From NCBI GenBank assembly GCA_964016885.1, contig OZ024740.1:102734001-102798000 (forward strand): a stretch of 64,000 nucleotides of DNA, written 5' to 3'. Origin of the DNA: Eledone cirrhosa. Its lineage: Eukaryota. The notes below the pieces were generated by a model. That model did not search any database. It saw nothing but the letters and a program-made list of their open reading frames with translations, and had not been told where the DNA came from. Made by a program: the position numbers and the translations under genes. Of this stretch, positions 24,516 through 36,183 are shown one piece after another; position 1 is the stretch's first letter, and every line of letters begins with the position of its first letter.

Positions 24516-25411
24516 TTGGACGCCAACTTGGACATACAATGAATTTCACCTGGGACGTTGGGTTGAGCGACCGAACGTAAGGACTTTGGGGAATGCCAGT
24601 TATTGCGGACCTGGCGTGTTTTCAATTTCCTCACATGTGTGCCGGCTGTACATGTACCATACATTTCTTTAACTCATCGTACTTTCTTTTATTTTTTATT
24701 TTAGATTTTAGGTGTATATCCCAGACCGCCTATGGTGATAAATCCCCTGGGTATAGGTTTTGGAAGAATAGTGTTATCTCACTTAACGTTCGGAACTGGA
24801 ACATATCGATGTGGTTCCTAGGGTGCTGATATGATAAGGAGAATCGACCTGTTACAAGGCAATATAATTGGAGTACACCATCCCCCATATGGACTATCAT
24901 ACATGTAAGACTGCACCACAGCTAACCAACTATTCTTCTCACAGACTCATGCTTGCAAACTCTCTTAATCTGCCTGTACACCCTGTTTTTGCACTGCTTG
25001 TGCTTTGATGGATCTATGCTTTGCTTTGTTTTATATTTTGGGGGGTTTTCAGGTTTTTTGTTCCTTTATTGTTTTGTATTTTTATATTTATCTCTTTTGT
25101 TATCCCTATGTTTTTGTACTTTTTTATTATTTTTTTTATTGTTTCTGTTCATACTGAGTAATACCTTCACTCATCCCTTGCTACCCTCTCCCAACCTCTT
25201 TATCATCTATTGCACCATTTAAGTGATAAACTTCTGGTGTAATTTTTAATTTTTGATGTAATTTTTAAAGACATTTTATGACATTATGTGCATCATGTAT
25301 TCTGTCTTTTTCCATATAGCGCTGGCCTCGGGACCCCCTTGTGGTCCTTTAACCTTATTCTGGTGACGCAGCTCGATTGAGCATGTAACTATTTATATAC
25401 TCATGTTTATA

Positions 25412-25458
25412 GGCTCTGATGATTCCTGCCATGGGGTTTGAATGAAACACTGTTAGCT
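25412..25458 (+). ncRNA. Minimal type-I hammerhead ribozyme with intact core
   Basis: ggct-CTGATGA-ttc..gaa-t-GAAAC-act-GTT-agct, followed directly by AATAAA, as in PLE pseudo-LTRs. Confidence 0.7.
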
Positions 25459-25499
25459 AATAAAACAATGTATTTCTAAGCACTCTTTGGTTATTCCTA

Positions 25500-28237
25500 T
25501 AACTATAATTGCTCTGTAGTATACTAGTTATCCTACATTGAGCTAAAACCATACTGTCATACCAAGGGCAATATATCTGCGTGGCTGGGCATATTGATAT
25601 ATTTGTCAACGCAACTATAATTAGAAGTTTGGCCCCTCTTGCACTGTAGAACAATTCTTTCGCGGTGATTGATTGGTTCAACGGCATATGCAACAAGGAA
25701 CATTGCCGTTTTATCCAATTCGACATCAACAATTACTACTCCTCTATCACTTTACCACTTCTCCTTAGAGCTATCAATTTCGCTAAAACACTCACAGTGG
25801 TTAAGGATTTCGAAGTTGATGTCATCCTCAATGCCCGTAAATCGGTGATTAATTAAAAAATCCAATAGTACCCCATTCGACGTGAGTATGGGCGCCAGCG
25901 ATTCTGCGGAGGTTACTGATCTTATCGGCCTTTTCCTTCTTTTCTCTATCAAGGACGAATTCCCCAGCGCGGGCGGTGGTTTGTACCGTGATGATGGTCT
26001 TTTGACCATGACTAAGTGCGGACCTCGTGCTTGCAACAGGTTCAGAAAAGAACTCACAGCCTTCTTTAAAGGCTTCAATCTCTCTATACAGGTTGAGACC
26101 AATCTCTCGGTCGTTAATTACCTCGACGTTACTCTCAATTTATCGAATGGGTTGTATTACCCGTATAAAAAACCGAATGATACGCTTAATTACATAAGTA
26201 AGCATTCCAACCATCCTGCCAGCATAACCAAGAACCTGGTAAGAAACGTTTCGTTGAGGCTTTCCCATCTATCTACTAACGAACATATTTTCAACGACCA
26301 TTCCACTTATTACAATGAAGCAGCGCTTGCTCGGAGTGGATTTGTCGATAAGATAGCATATACAGAGTACGAAAATAGACCTCGCATTTGTTGGTATAAC
26401 CCACCATATAATATGGAGGTGACCACACCATTAGCTAAGATCTTTCTTTCCCTTATTACGAAGCATTTTCCCCTACACATAAATATAGTAAAATATTTAA
26501 TAGAAATACTATTAAAATTTCTTACTCTACGACTGCTAACCTTACACATAACATCACAGCTTCAAATTTAGCTAAACTACCTAGCCGTAGGAACACGTGC
26601 AACCCTGTAGTTAGTACTAACTGTAATTGTAGGAATCGGGTTGATTGCCCCCTATCCGGGAAATGCCTCTCTAGTAACATTGTCTACAAATGTGAGGTTG
26701 AAACACCCACGCCCCGTAGGTCCTACATAGGGTTAACCGCCAATAGATTCAAGCAGCGTCTTTACATGCATACCCATTCTTTTCGTTACCCTCTAAGAAG
26801 GAATATGACGTCACTTTCAGCTTATATCTGGAGTCTAAAAGACAACCACACCCAATATAAGTTACACTGGAAGATCCTAGCTAGGGCTAGATCGTATAAC
26901 GGAAATAAAAGACCATGTGACCTCTGCGCCGCTGAGGCCCTGGAAATACTCTACGCCACAGACCACATCTTAAACAAAAAATCCGAGGCAATTTCGGCTT
27001 GTAAACATAAATTGCACAAAACTTTTCTGTATTACAGCCCCACGTTATACCCTAACGGATAGTACGATCTATACGTGGATATTTTACGTCTTGGTGTGGT
27101 AGCTAAGTATATGTTTTGTTTATACCATTACTTATTTGCATAGGTAAGTATATATTACCTGTATGTTTTGTGAAGGTACGTATACTTTCTCGTACGTATA
27201 TTTGATTGTATATGTTATGGCGTATAATTTTTTATATATTCTGGTACATATGGTTTGGTTATGTGTATACGGGAGTTTTGCGTCTGTGTGAGTATGCAGG
27301 TTCGTACGTATGTAGGGTGTGTGTATATGTGTACTTCATGTTTTGGTTGACTTACGTCTCCGAACATTTGTGTATTTACATGTAGGTATGTGTGTGTGCT
27401 TGTTATATACGTATTTATTTATTTATATACGTTTATTTAATTATTTATTTATTTGTATACACGCATAGACACACACACATTTATATGTGCGTGGTTTTGT
27501 ATACCTATGGCAAGTGTTTTCGCGTATGCTTGTGTATGTACGTATTTGCATGCGTGTATGTATTTATTTAATTTCTATTACCTCTGTATTGTATTTTATT
27601 TACTTTATTCTTAACTCTGAAGCGGAGATTCATTCGGTTTCCTAGTTAGAATTTTAGTCTACGACTTTAGCTATACCATTTACGTGGTTTTGTCTTTGCG
27701 TGCAATTGTTATCTCCGCTCCACATATGACGTATTATCTTCGTTTTTTCCGTTCATTGCCAGAGAACGTCTCTATGAACCACCTGAACATTAGTCTACGA
27801 CTTCTTTTATACCATAAACGTGGTTCTGTCTTTGCGCGTAATTGTTTTTCACCGCTCCTATTAATGACGTATTATATTCGTTTTTTCCCGTTCTTTGCCA
27901 GGGAACGTTTCCACGAACCAAAGTATCGTCTTCCTGTCTTCCTCCGGTTGCAACATTTTTTGAAATATCCACTTCTGCGTTTACAGATTGACTTTGTTAG
28001 TTTCAGAAGATCCCGTTAAGGGTGAAAGCAGCGATTCTTTGCTTAAACTTTAATCTGTTATTTTAATAAATATATATATAGAGAGAGAGAGAACGTGAAA
28101 CTAATAAACCTTTGTTTGTACTGCCTCTCTGTTTTGTTCCCGTTCCATTTTTCACTATATATATCCAAATATGTTTCGATAAATGAAAAAGTGAAAAAGG
28201 TGAAAAAATACCACAATCAGATCTCCTCAGTAAGTAC
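25500..28237 (+). mobile_element. Penelope-like (Naiad-type) retroelement, 5'-truncated and frameshifted RT plus GIY-YIG, with 3' UTR/pseudo-LTR
   Basis: FIQFDINNYYSSI, MGASDSAEVTDLIG, LYRDDGL, VNYLDVTLNL, WYNPPY, CNCRNRVDCPLSGKC, YIGLTANRFKQR, CDLCAAE..LNKKSEAISACKH. Confidence 0.92.
28161..28237 (-). ncRNA. Type-I hammerhead motif antisense to the PLE (inverted partial twin at 28389-28456)
   Basis: Minus strand gtactta-CTGAGGA-gat..atc-GAAA-CATA-TT-tggatat; intact core, 3-bp stem II base, imperfect stem I. Confidence 0.6.
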
Positions 28238-28773
28238 CCTGAAAAATTGGTATGTTTCACTTCAAAATATTTAAAAAGACTGATTAACGCACATGGTTTT
28301 TCAGTTTCTAGCTGCCGCATACTCGTGCTGCTAGAAATAACAGCCGTTTATATGGGGCTAAAGTTAGCTCAACATAAGGAACAGTGATCTGAGGAGATCT
28401 GATTGTGGTATTTTTTCACCTTTTTCACTTTTTCATTTATCGAAACATATTTGGATTTTAAAGTTTAAACTTATCTACGGAACAGGTTTGATTTTGAAAT
28501 TTAAATTTGTCTAAGTACCACGGCTATTTGCCAATATGGTTTGTTTTTATTGATTTATTATTTTAAATCGAGACAGGCAAACTGTATTATTATAATTAGT
28601 ATTTTTCAATCTAGCTAACTTAGTCATTTACAATACAAACACTGATATGTTGGTATCTGTGTTTATCATATATATTAATTTATATTAACTTGTATTACAC
28701 GGCTCAGAAATACTTCTTTCTTTGAGCTATTTCATTGTAAACGACTGTCTGAGTTTTGAACTCTTTATTCATA

Positions 28774-29091
<318 letters not shown>

Positions 29092-29093
<2 letters not shown>

Positions 29094-29415
29094 AGGCACA
29101 TGGCTTAGTGGTTAGAGCATTGGCTTTGCAATCGAAAGGTTGTGAGTTCAATTCTCAGACCGGGTGATGTGTTGTTTCCTTGAGCAAGACACTTTATTTC
29201 ACGTTGCTCCAGTTTACTCAGCTGTAGAAATGAGATTATAGGGACTGGGATCCCTATCATTCGTGGAGGTGCCACGGCAAAAAAGCACCCAGCACTCACT
29301 GTAAATGAGGTTGGTGTTAGGAAGGGCATCCAGCTGTAGAAATCAAGCCAGAATCAGTTCCCGTCCCACCCTTGCAAGCAGGGAAAAGTGGACGTAAAAT
29401 GAAATGATGAAATGA

Positions 29416-29418
<3 letters not shown>
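29092..29418 (+). mobile_element. SINE family B
   Basis: Nearly identical to 12115-12460; flanked by (TA)n on both sides. Confidence 0.9.
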
Positions 29419-29461
<43 letters not shown>

Positions 29462-31419
29462 TATTTAGTCTGATCTTTGTTATTTCTCTTCCTGTTGACA
29501 TCATTTCTTATCACCATAGTGACATAAGTCCTGTTTAAATTGATGTACCAGTGACTCTCCCAGATTATATGATTAGTTTTAGCGCAAAATGACACAGTAA
29601 ACCTTATACCACACACACATATTTGTGTTGTCTAAGGGAGTGCTTATCTATAATACCACTTGGATCCATAATGAATTTCAATACCATTTGGAGGCATGAT
29701 TTTCCAGGGTTCCATCCTCAATTTTAAGAAGCCACATCAAAACATTTATCTCAATAACTCTCATTTTGCCAGCAAGATTTAATTTTAGCATGTATTCTTT
29801 AAGGTATATTTAATCACAATTTTAGTGCAATAGTAGAATAATTACTGATGTGCATTTTTATATTTCAGCAGCAAATGAAAGGCCAATAAGTTTCAGAAAG
29901 CTGGTACAACGCAGTAAAAATATATAAAGGGCAAGGGATGACAAATAAAAGAAAGTAATGTTTTATCCAGTATATTTCAACATGATATTTCAGGGCTATT
30001 ACCCACTTTTCAAATGTGAATCAGAAATGTGTTCTTCCTTAACTGGCCTATGTGTCTGAAATATGCATGTGTGAAGTTGTTATGGTAACCAATCTACTTT
30101 GTGCATTTCCAAACTATTATTTATCTGGGGTGGTTTTTCTAGCTGACTCTTCGATTCTTATCAGTCATTTATCACATATCTCACAATGCTTTGTATTAAC
30201 TATATTACTCTTTTATTGTATGTAAACTTCCCCCTTTGTATTTGTCCCCTTCTTTTGTGCCCCTGTGGCTAATAAAGAAATATATATTACTCTATTCTCA
30301 AATGTTTTGTTGTTCAAGTTACAATAGAAAGGTAAATCCAGCCCATCTTATTTCTTAGTTTAGTTTTGATGAAGGTTACTCTTGAAAACATTCTTCCAAC
30401 CATGTCATTGTATATTATAACAAATCTGGTAGTCATCATTCACCAACTTTATTTTTAAGTATTGCTGCTTTACACCAAGAATCTGACCTGTCAATATATA
30501 CTTTTCCAATCGAATCTTAATGGTTAGTACCACTGGTTCTCTATTTCTCTAATTTTAAACTGATCACCCAAAGTTAAAGAGTTGCAAAAGATAAGTGAAT
30601 AAAACTTAGACAAACTCTTTGGTAAAAATGTTTACTTGTTCTCATCAAATTTGTTTTGGTGAAATTAAAAGGAGAACTCATGAACCCAAACCAATTTTTG
30701 TACATGAAAGGTACAGTCATTCAATGTCTAAAATTTATATATTGAGGATGCAAAATCTTGTATGTATAGACAAAGCAAAATTGCTTAGTTTATATTATAT
30801 GCTAGAGTGAAACATCATAATTATTATCAATTATCACCATTTTACGTCCATTTTTCCACGCTAGCATGGGTTAGATGAGTTTTTCTGTTGTGGGCAATGC
30901 TAGGTCAGGTGACCATGTCTTGCTCATACAGAACTGATTCTGGCTTGGTTTCTACAGCTGGATGACCTTCCCAACGCCAAATTAATCTTTTCAAACTCAC
31001 TCAACATGTCTCATAGACATTAAAGTGTATCAGTTGCATGTGAACATAGCATGTGATTAATTTATATATTCTTTGCAGCAAGATGATGCCATTTGAAAAG
31101 GTAATTTTAATACATTCAACTGGGTAAGAATTATTTTTACACATTTCAATGATTTCCCACCAATATTGATTAATTTATATATTTTCATGTAAAATCTTCT
31201 TCAAAGTATTGTTAGAAGATAGCTCTTCAGCAGCTTGAGAACATAATAAATGGAGAAAATGCCAAATTTATCTCATAAGAACTAAGTTTGGATTGTCAGC
31301 TTTTATTAATGTGTACAAAATATTAACACCGCAGATAATAGTAAAATAGATTTTAATGTTTTATGTCTGCAGCACTCAAGAAATTTCCACGACACGATGC
31401 AAGTGGTTAGAAACTCTCT

Positions 31420-32090
31420 GTTTTGGGCCATATTCATAGTTGTAGAATAAGAAAGCTTAATTGTGTGTCTATTAAATATGGAACGGTATTTATGTTGAAT
31501 AGGGAAGGAATTATCTAAAGCTTTAAAGAATAGATTAGCTAGTGGTGTTTTTATTGCTACAGAAGCAGGGGGGGGGGCAAACCATATAACTGATTTAGTT
31601 CTGGTTTTTTTCCCCAATTTATTCACAGTACAGGTGTTTGAATTATAATTTTTAAACTTTCGTTTATACATGTCAGTCATATTATTTTTATCAGGATTAA
31701 GATTTGAATTATTATTGTCTATATATTCTATATTATTTTTATAACCTGCCTTTCTTAGCGCATCATTGTAATATCCTGCTTTTTCATCAAATATGGATTT
31801 ATTAGCAGATATTTTAGTTATGCGTTTCTGTACACTATTGACAATTGCATTTTTCACAGATTTAGGGTGATTAGAGTAATAACTAACGTAATTTAAGTTT
31901 TCATTGGGCTTATGGAAAGGGTAATAAAAACCAGAGTTTAAGTTAAGGGTAACATCAAGGAAATTAATTATTTTGGTACCACTTTCAACCTCTAATTTAA
32001 GGTCGTAATTTTTAAAGAATTCAATTATATTTTTCTTAACCCTATTTAGTTCTGTATTGCTGTTTGACAACCGTAAATAAAATATCGTCC
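31420..32090 (-). mobile_element. Penelope-like (Naiad-type) RT C-terminal/thumb fragment
   Basis: ORF 31306..32100: INFLDVTLNLNSGFYYPFHKPNENLNYVSYYSNHP..VIWFAPP..IFNRHTIKLSYS, homologous to 25882..26571. Confidence 0.88.
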
Positions 32091-32094
32091 CTAC

Positions 32095-32970
32095 CATCAC
32101 AACACTACATTGCCAATGACAATCTCCGCACTACCTCCACCACAACAACACTACATTGCCAATGACAACCACTACACTACCACCACAACACTACATTGCC
32201 AATGACAACCACCACACTACCACAACAACACTACATTGCCAATGACAACCACCAACACAACTACCACCACAACAACACTACATTTCCATGACAGTCACCA
32301 CCACCACTACAACACTACATTGCCAATGACAGCCACCACCACCACAACAACAACACTACATTGCCAATGACAACCACCACCACCACAACTACCACCACAA
32401 CAACAACACTACATCGCCAATGACAAATGCCACCACCACCACACTACCACAACAACACTACATTGCCAATGACAACCACCAACACAACTACCACCACAAC
32501 AACACTACATTGCCATGACAGCCACCACCACCACCACTACAACACTACATTGCCAATGACAGCCACCACCACCACCACAACAACACTACATTGCCAATGA
32601 CAACCACCACCACAACTACCACCACAACAACAACACTACATCGCCAATGACAACTGCCACCACCACCACACTACCACCACAACACTACATTGCCAATGAC
32701 AACCACCACAACAACACTACATCGCCAATGACAACCGCCACTACCACCACCACCACAACACTACATTGCCAATGAAAACCACCACCACAACAACACTACA
32801 TTGCCAATGGCAACCACCACCACCACCACCACAACAACAACACTACATTGCCAATGGCAACCACCACCACAACAACAACACTACATTGCCAATGACAACC
32901 AGTACCACTACCACCAAAACAGCACTACATTGCCAATGACAACCACCACCACCACTACCACCACAACAAC
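32095..32970. repeat. Variable minisatellite anchored on actacattgccaatgac with (acc/aac)n spacers
   Basis: About 20 anchored units of roughly 30-55 bp. Confidence 0.95.
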
Positions 32971-33289
32971 AAAACAACATCTTCAACAACAACTCATTCC
33001 TTACCTCTATTACACTAACATTGACACTGATATACAACCTCCTCTACTACCACCACCATCACCACCACAACAACAACACCAACAAACACAAGAGCTCATA
33101 TATCTCAAGGTATCTATATTTGTACATGTCATGGTAGTTCAGCTCAATGGTAGTGAAGTATTTTATGACAATAACCAGATAATTCAGCAACTTCAGTCTC
33201 TCTGCCAACAATATTCCTGCTATATCTATTACACCATTAATTCTTTGCAGAGTTCTTTTGAAATTGTGTAAATCAGAAATATATAATAT

Positions 33290-33570
33290 AATATAATGAA
33301 AATTATTGTGTACAGTGTTCAGGTGCATTACAACTCATGAAAGGTGTATGTATAGTACATAGAATAATGTACAAATGTCAAGAAAGTGAACAGTGGATGA
33401 GTCATGATATACACACAGATACATTAGTGCATGAGTGTGTGTATGGGGGGGGGGGGGGGATATCAAGTGTAGTGTTGGCAAATTTTTGGAAACAGAAGTT
33501 TTGAATAATGCAGCTAACAACTGATGCAAGTAGTTTGTAATGATAATGTGTTTCAATTTTGTACTGAGTG
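33290..33570 (-). mobile_element. CR1-like LINE 3' end, degenerate
   Basis: Homologous to 43765-44050 (tgtgtacagtg.tcaggtgcattacaactcat). Confidence 0.75.
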
Positions 33571-33717
33571 TTTGTTTGACTATTAACCATTCCATTGGTT
33601 AAATAGAATGTCACATGATCCTTAACACTAACAATTCATAAGTATTTCATTGGCTGATTTTGTTGTCAGGAAGCCTTGATATTTGATGTTGATGATCATT
33701 TTATCATTGTTGCTTAA

Positions 33718-33915
33718 CCCTTCCATTTACATTACTCTATATATATTATTGTATTTTTGTGGTAAAGGCTTTACCTCACATAATAATGAGATTTTGATAT
33801 TATTTATTTTGAGAACATTACCTTAACATCACTATGAGTGGCCAGTTATGGCTAATTTGAACAGAAAGTGGTGAGAGAATTCTGGCTGGATACAGCTTGT
33901 TTAAATGCTAAAGGG
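33718..33915. mobile_element. piggyBac-type MITE
   Basis: TTAA-CCCTT...AAAGGG-TTAA: TTAA target duplication with CCC/GGG termini. Confidence 0.8.
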
Positions 33916-34317
33916 TTAATCTAGATCTCCGTGATTCTATAAACCTATACATCAAAGGAATTCCAGTCAGGACAATTCCATCTTTTTATTATTTTTAATT
34001 CATAGGATGTGTGTGATTTGAGGGAGATTTAACTGTTATTTCTCTAAAATGTCAAGTGATCACATAGTGCAAGATGGGGAACCCTTTACTTGCCTTCAAA
34101 TTTATCACTCCCAAATGTTGTACCCACCCTGACATGCACACAAAGGTTTAAGCTGTAAGCCCAAAACAGTAAATTAATATATCAAGTTGCATACCTATGA
34201 ATTTCAGTTAATATGGTCCTCACAAGCTGTAATGATCTTGCAATTCACCCCTAGTACTCAAAAGGTTATTCACACATGATCTTCTTCTTGGCTGAAACTT
34301 TTCAGTCTACCCTCATC

Positions 34318-34500
34318 TATGAGGGTAGACTGAAAAGTTCGTAGGCTGACTATGAAGGTGTGATTCTAGAGCTGTGAAATCTTGCTTGCATTAATTTCAG
34401 CATTGTTTCTTTCCAGGGACTATGCTGATAAATAAACCTCATTTGGTCATTCCATGAGAGTATCTTGGTCAGCCAATGAACTTTTCAGCTTACCCTCATA
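34318..34500. mobile_element. Mariner-type MITE
   Basis: tatgagggtagactgaaaagttc / gaacttttcagcttaccctcata TIRs. Confidence 0.85.
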
Positions 34501-35154
34501 TATAGAAGCTTTGTCACAGGTTTATGTAGTCTCCATTTTATGAGCAGAGATTCAGCTGCTGACTTTGAATGTGACTTGTGACTACAAAGAAGTCTTTTGT
34601 TGGCTAGCTTCATACTTTAATACATTAACAATGTATACCACAGAGATATGGCTGTGATATGGTCTGACACAGAGAGACATAATGGTAGCACATTCTATCA
34701 GTGTAATGCTGTAACAATTTTAGATATTAGAGTCTATGTGTGTATGATATTACCAAGATATTAGTGTGTGTAATAACCTCAAAAATATTAGTATTTTTAT
34801 TTTTTACCTCCTAGTGTGGAGCAGTTCTACAACTACTCTGGGGGCCTCTGTGAGTGGTGGGAATGTGGCAGGGTTAGATTAAATCTTTTGAATCCTTAAG
34901 CAAATAAAAGATTGTGGTGTCCCCACCTTCACACCCATATATAATTTTTTTTTTTTTTTTTTAATGAAATATATTTAATTTTTCCTTGTTTCCTTGATGC
35001 TCTAAGTGTGTACTTATTTTACTTAATAGTTAATCCAGTCCTGAAGGGGAGGAGCTACATCTCATGTCAAAGACATGGCCTGAATGCTTGCAAAAGCATG
35101 GACGCTGCTAGTGGGACCCAAGGGCCAGATGGTGGTGTTAAACCATTCAAGGGT

Positions 35155-35227
35155 GACAACCCATCACCACATATATCACAGCTATCAATGCTGCTCCTGC
35201 TACTACTACTACTACTACTACTACTAT

Positions 35228-35293
<66 letters not shown>

Positions 35294-35460
35294 TACTACT
35301 ACTACCCCACCACCATATATAACATGACAACTATACCACCACCACATATATCACAACTATCAATACTACTACTACTACTACCACCACAAATACTACCCTA
35401 CCATCCCCACCACCACCATGACAACTCTACCATCACCACATATATCACAAGAGAAGCCAT
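35155..35460. repeat. (CTA)n microsatellite plus caccacatatatcaca minisatellite; resumes at 38240-38285 and 41346-41570
   Basis: The motifs ccccaccatatataacatg.caactatacca and ctatcaatgctgct.ctgctactact recur on both sides of the LINE stack. Confidence 0.85.
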
Positions 35461-35466
35461 CTCAAC

Positions 35467-36005
35467 TAAAACTAGCAGGCCTAGACCACAGAGATGGCAA
35501 GCGCCCCAATGGAATCACCCTCCTTCCATTCGAAGGAGGTAGATCCCTCATCTGGGATGCCACTTGCTGCAACACATTCTCTGCCTCCAGCTTAATTGCT
35601 TCGGCCACAAACCCTGGAATTGGGGCCCGCCTTGCAGAAGAACATAGAATAAAGAAATACCGGGGTTTGTCCGGCCGCTTTCTCTTCATACCAGTCGCCG
35701 TTGAGACCTCAGGTGTACTTGAACCCCGTACTGCTGAGCTCCTCTGCAAGATGGGAATGTCGGCAGTCCGTCTGAGGAAGGAGCTCGATGAAGTTGAGTG
35801 GCTATTGCAGCAGGTGTCGCTGGCCATCGTCCGCGGGGCACAGCACTTCTGACCCCTTGCCCTAGGCCCAATTCCCAATTACTCCCCTCTCTTCTGCGAC
35901 ACCAGAGATCTTGCGAATCCCTCCCCTTTCTGTTCTTTTTTCTTTCTTTTTCTTTTTTTCCTCTATATTTCCCTATTCTTTTTTCTTTTGTTTCCTTTAC
36001 TTTTT
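35467..36005 (+). mobile_element. CRE-like non-LTR retrotransposon 3' fragment
   Basis: LDHRDGKRPNGITLLPFEGGRSLIWDATCCNTF..KKYRGL..FIPVAVETSG..QQVSLAIVRG. Confidence 0.85.
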
Positions 36006-36183
36006 TTTTATTATTGCTGTTATAATAGTTGTCCCCCTATTGGTGAATTTTCCTTTATTTTTTTTTCGTTATTTTTTTCGTTATTTCCTTTGTTATTGTT
36101 TTTTCTTTACATGCTGAAATGCCTATTTGTACCATCCTGTACCGTCCTGTGCTGTCCTTAATGTTATACTTTATGTCAACCCG

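Noticed and set aside
26600-27062. Selenocysteine recoding, known for some Naiad-clade PLEs
   Set aside because: The Cys positions in CNC..CPL..C and CDLC..CKH are ordinary TGT/TGC codons here; no in-frame TGA at these sites and no SECIS recognised.
27608-27652. Additional hammerhead (ttaact-CTGAAGC..agttag)
   Set aside because: A stem I-like pairing exists but the GAAA core is missing.
30300-31290. Tigger/pogo and hAT transposase remnants
   Set aside because: Only faint motif hints across broken frames; needs tBLASTn or HMM support.
32095-33271. CRISPR-like array or Thr/His-rich protein
   Set aside because: Spacers are simple triplets and frames shift between units; it is a minisatellite.
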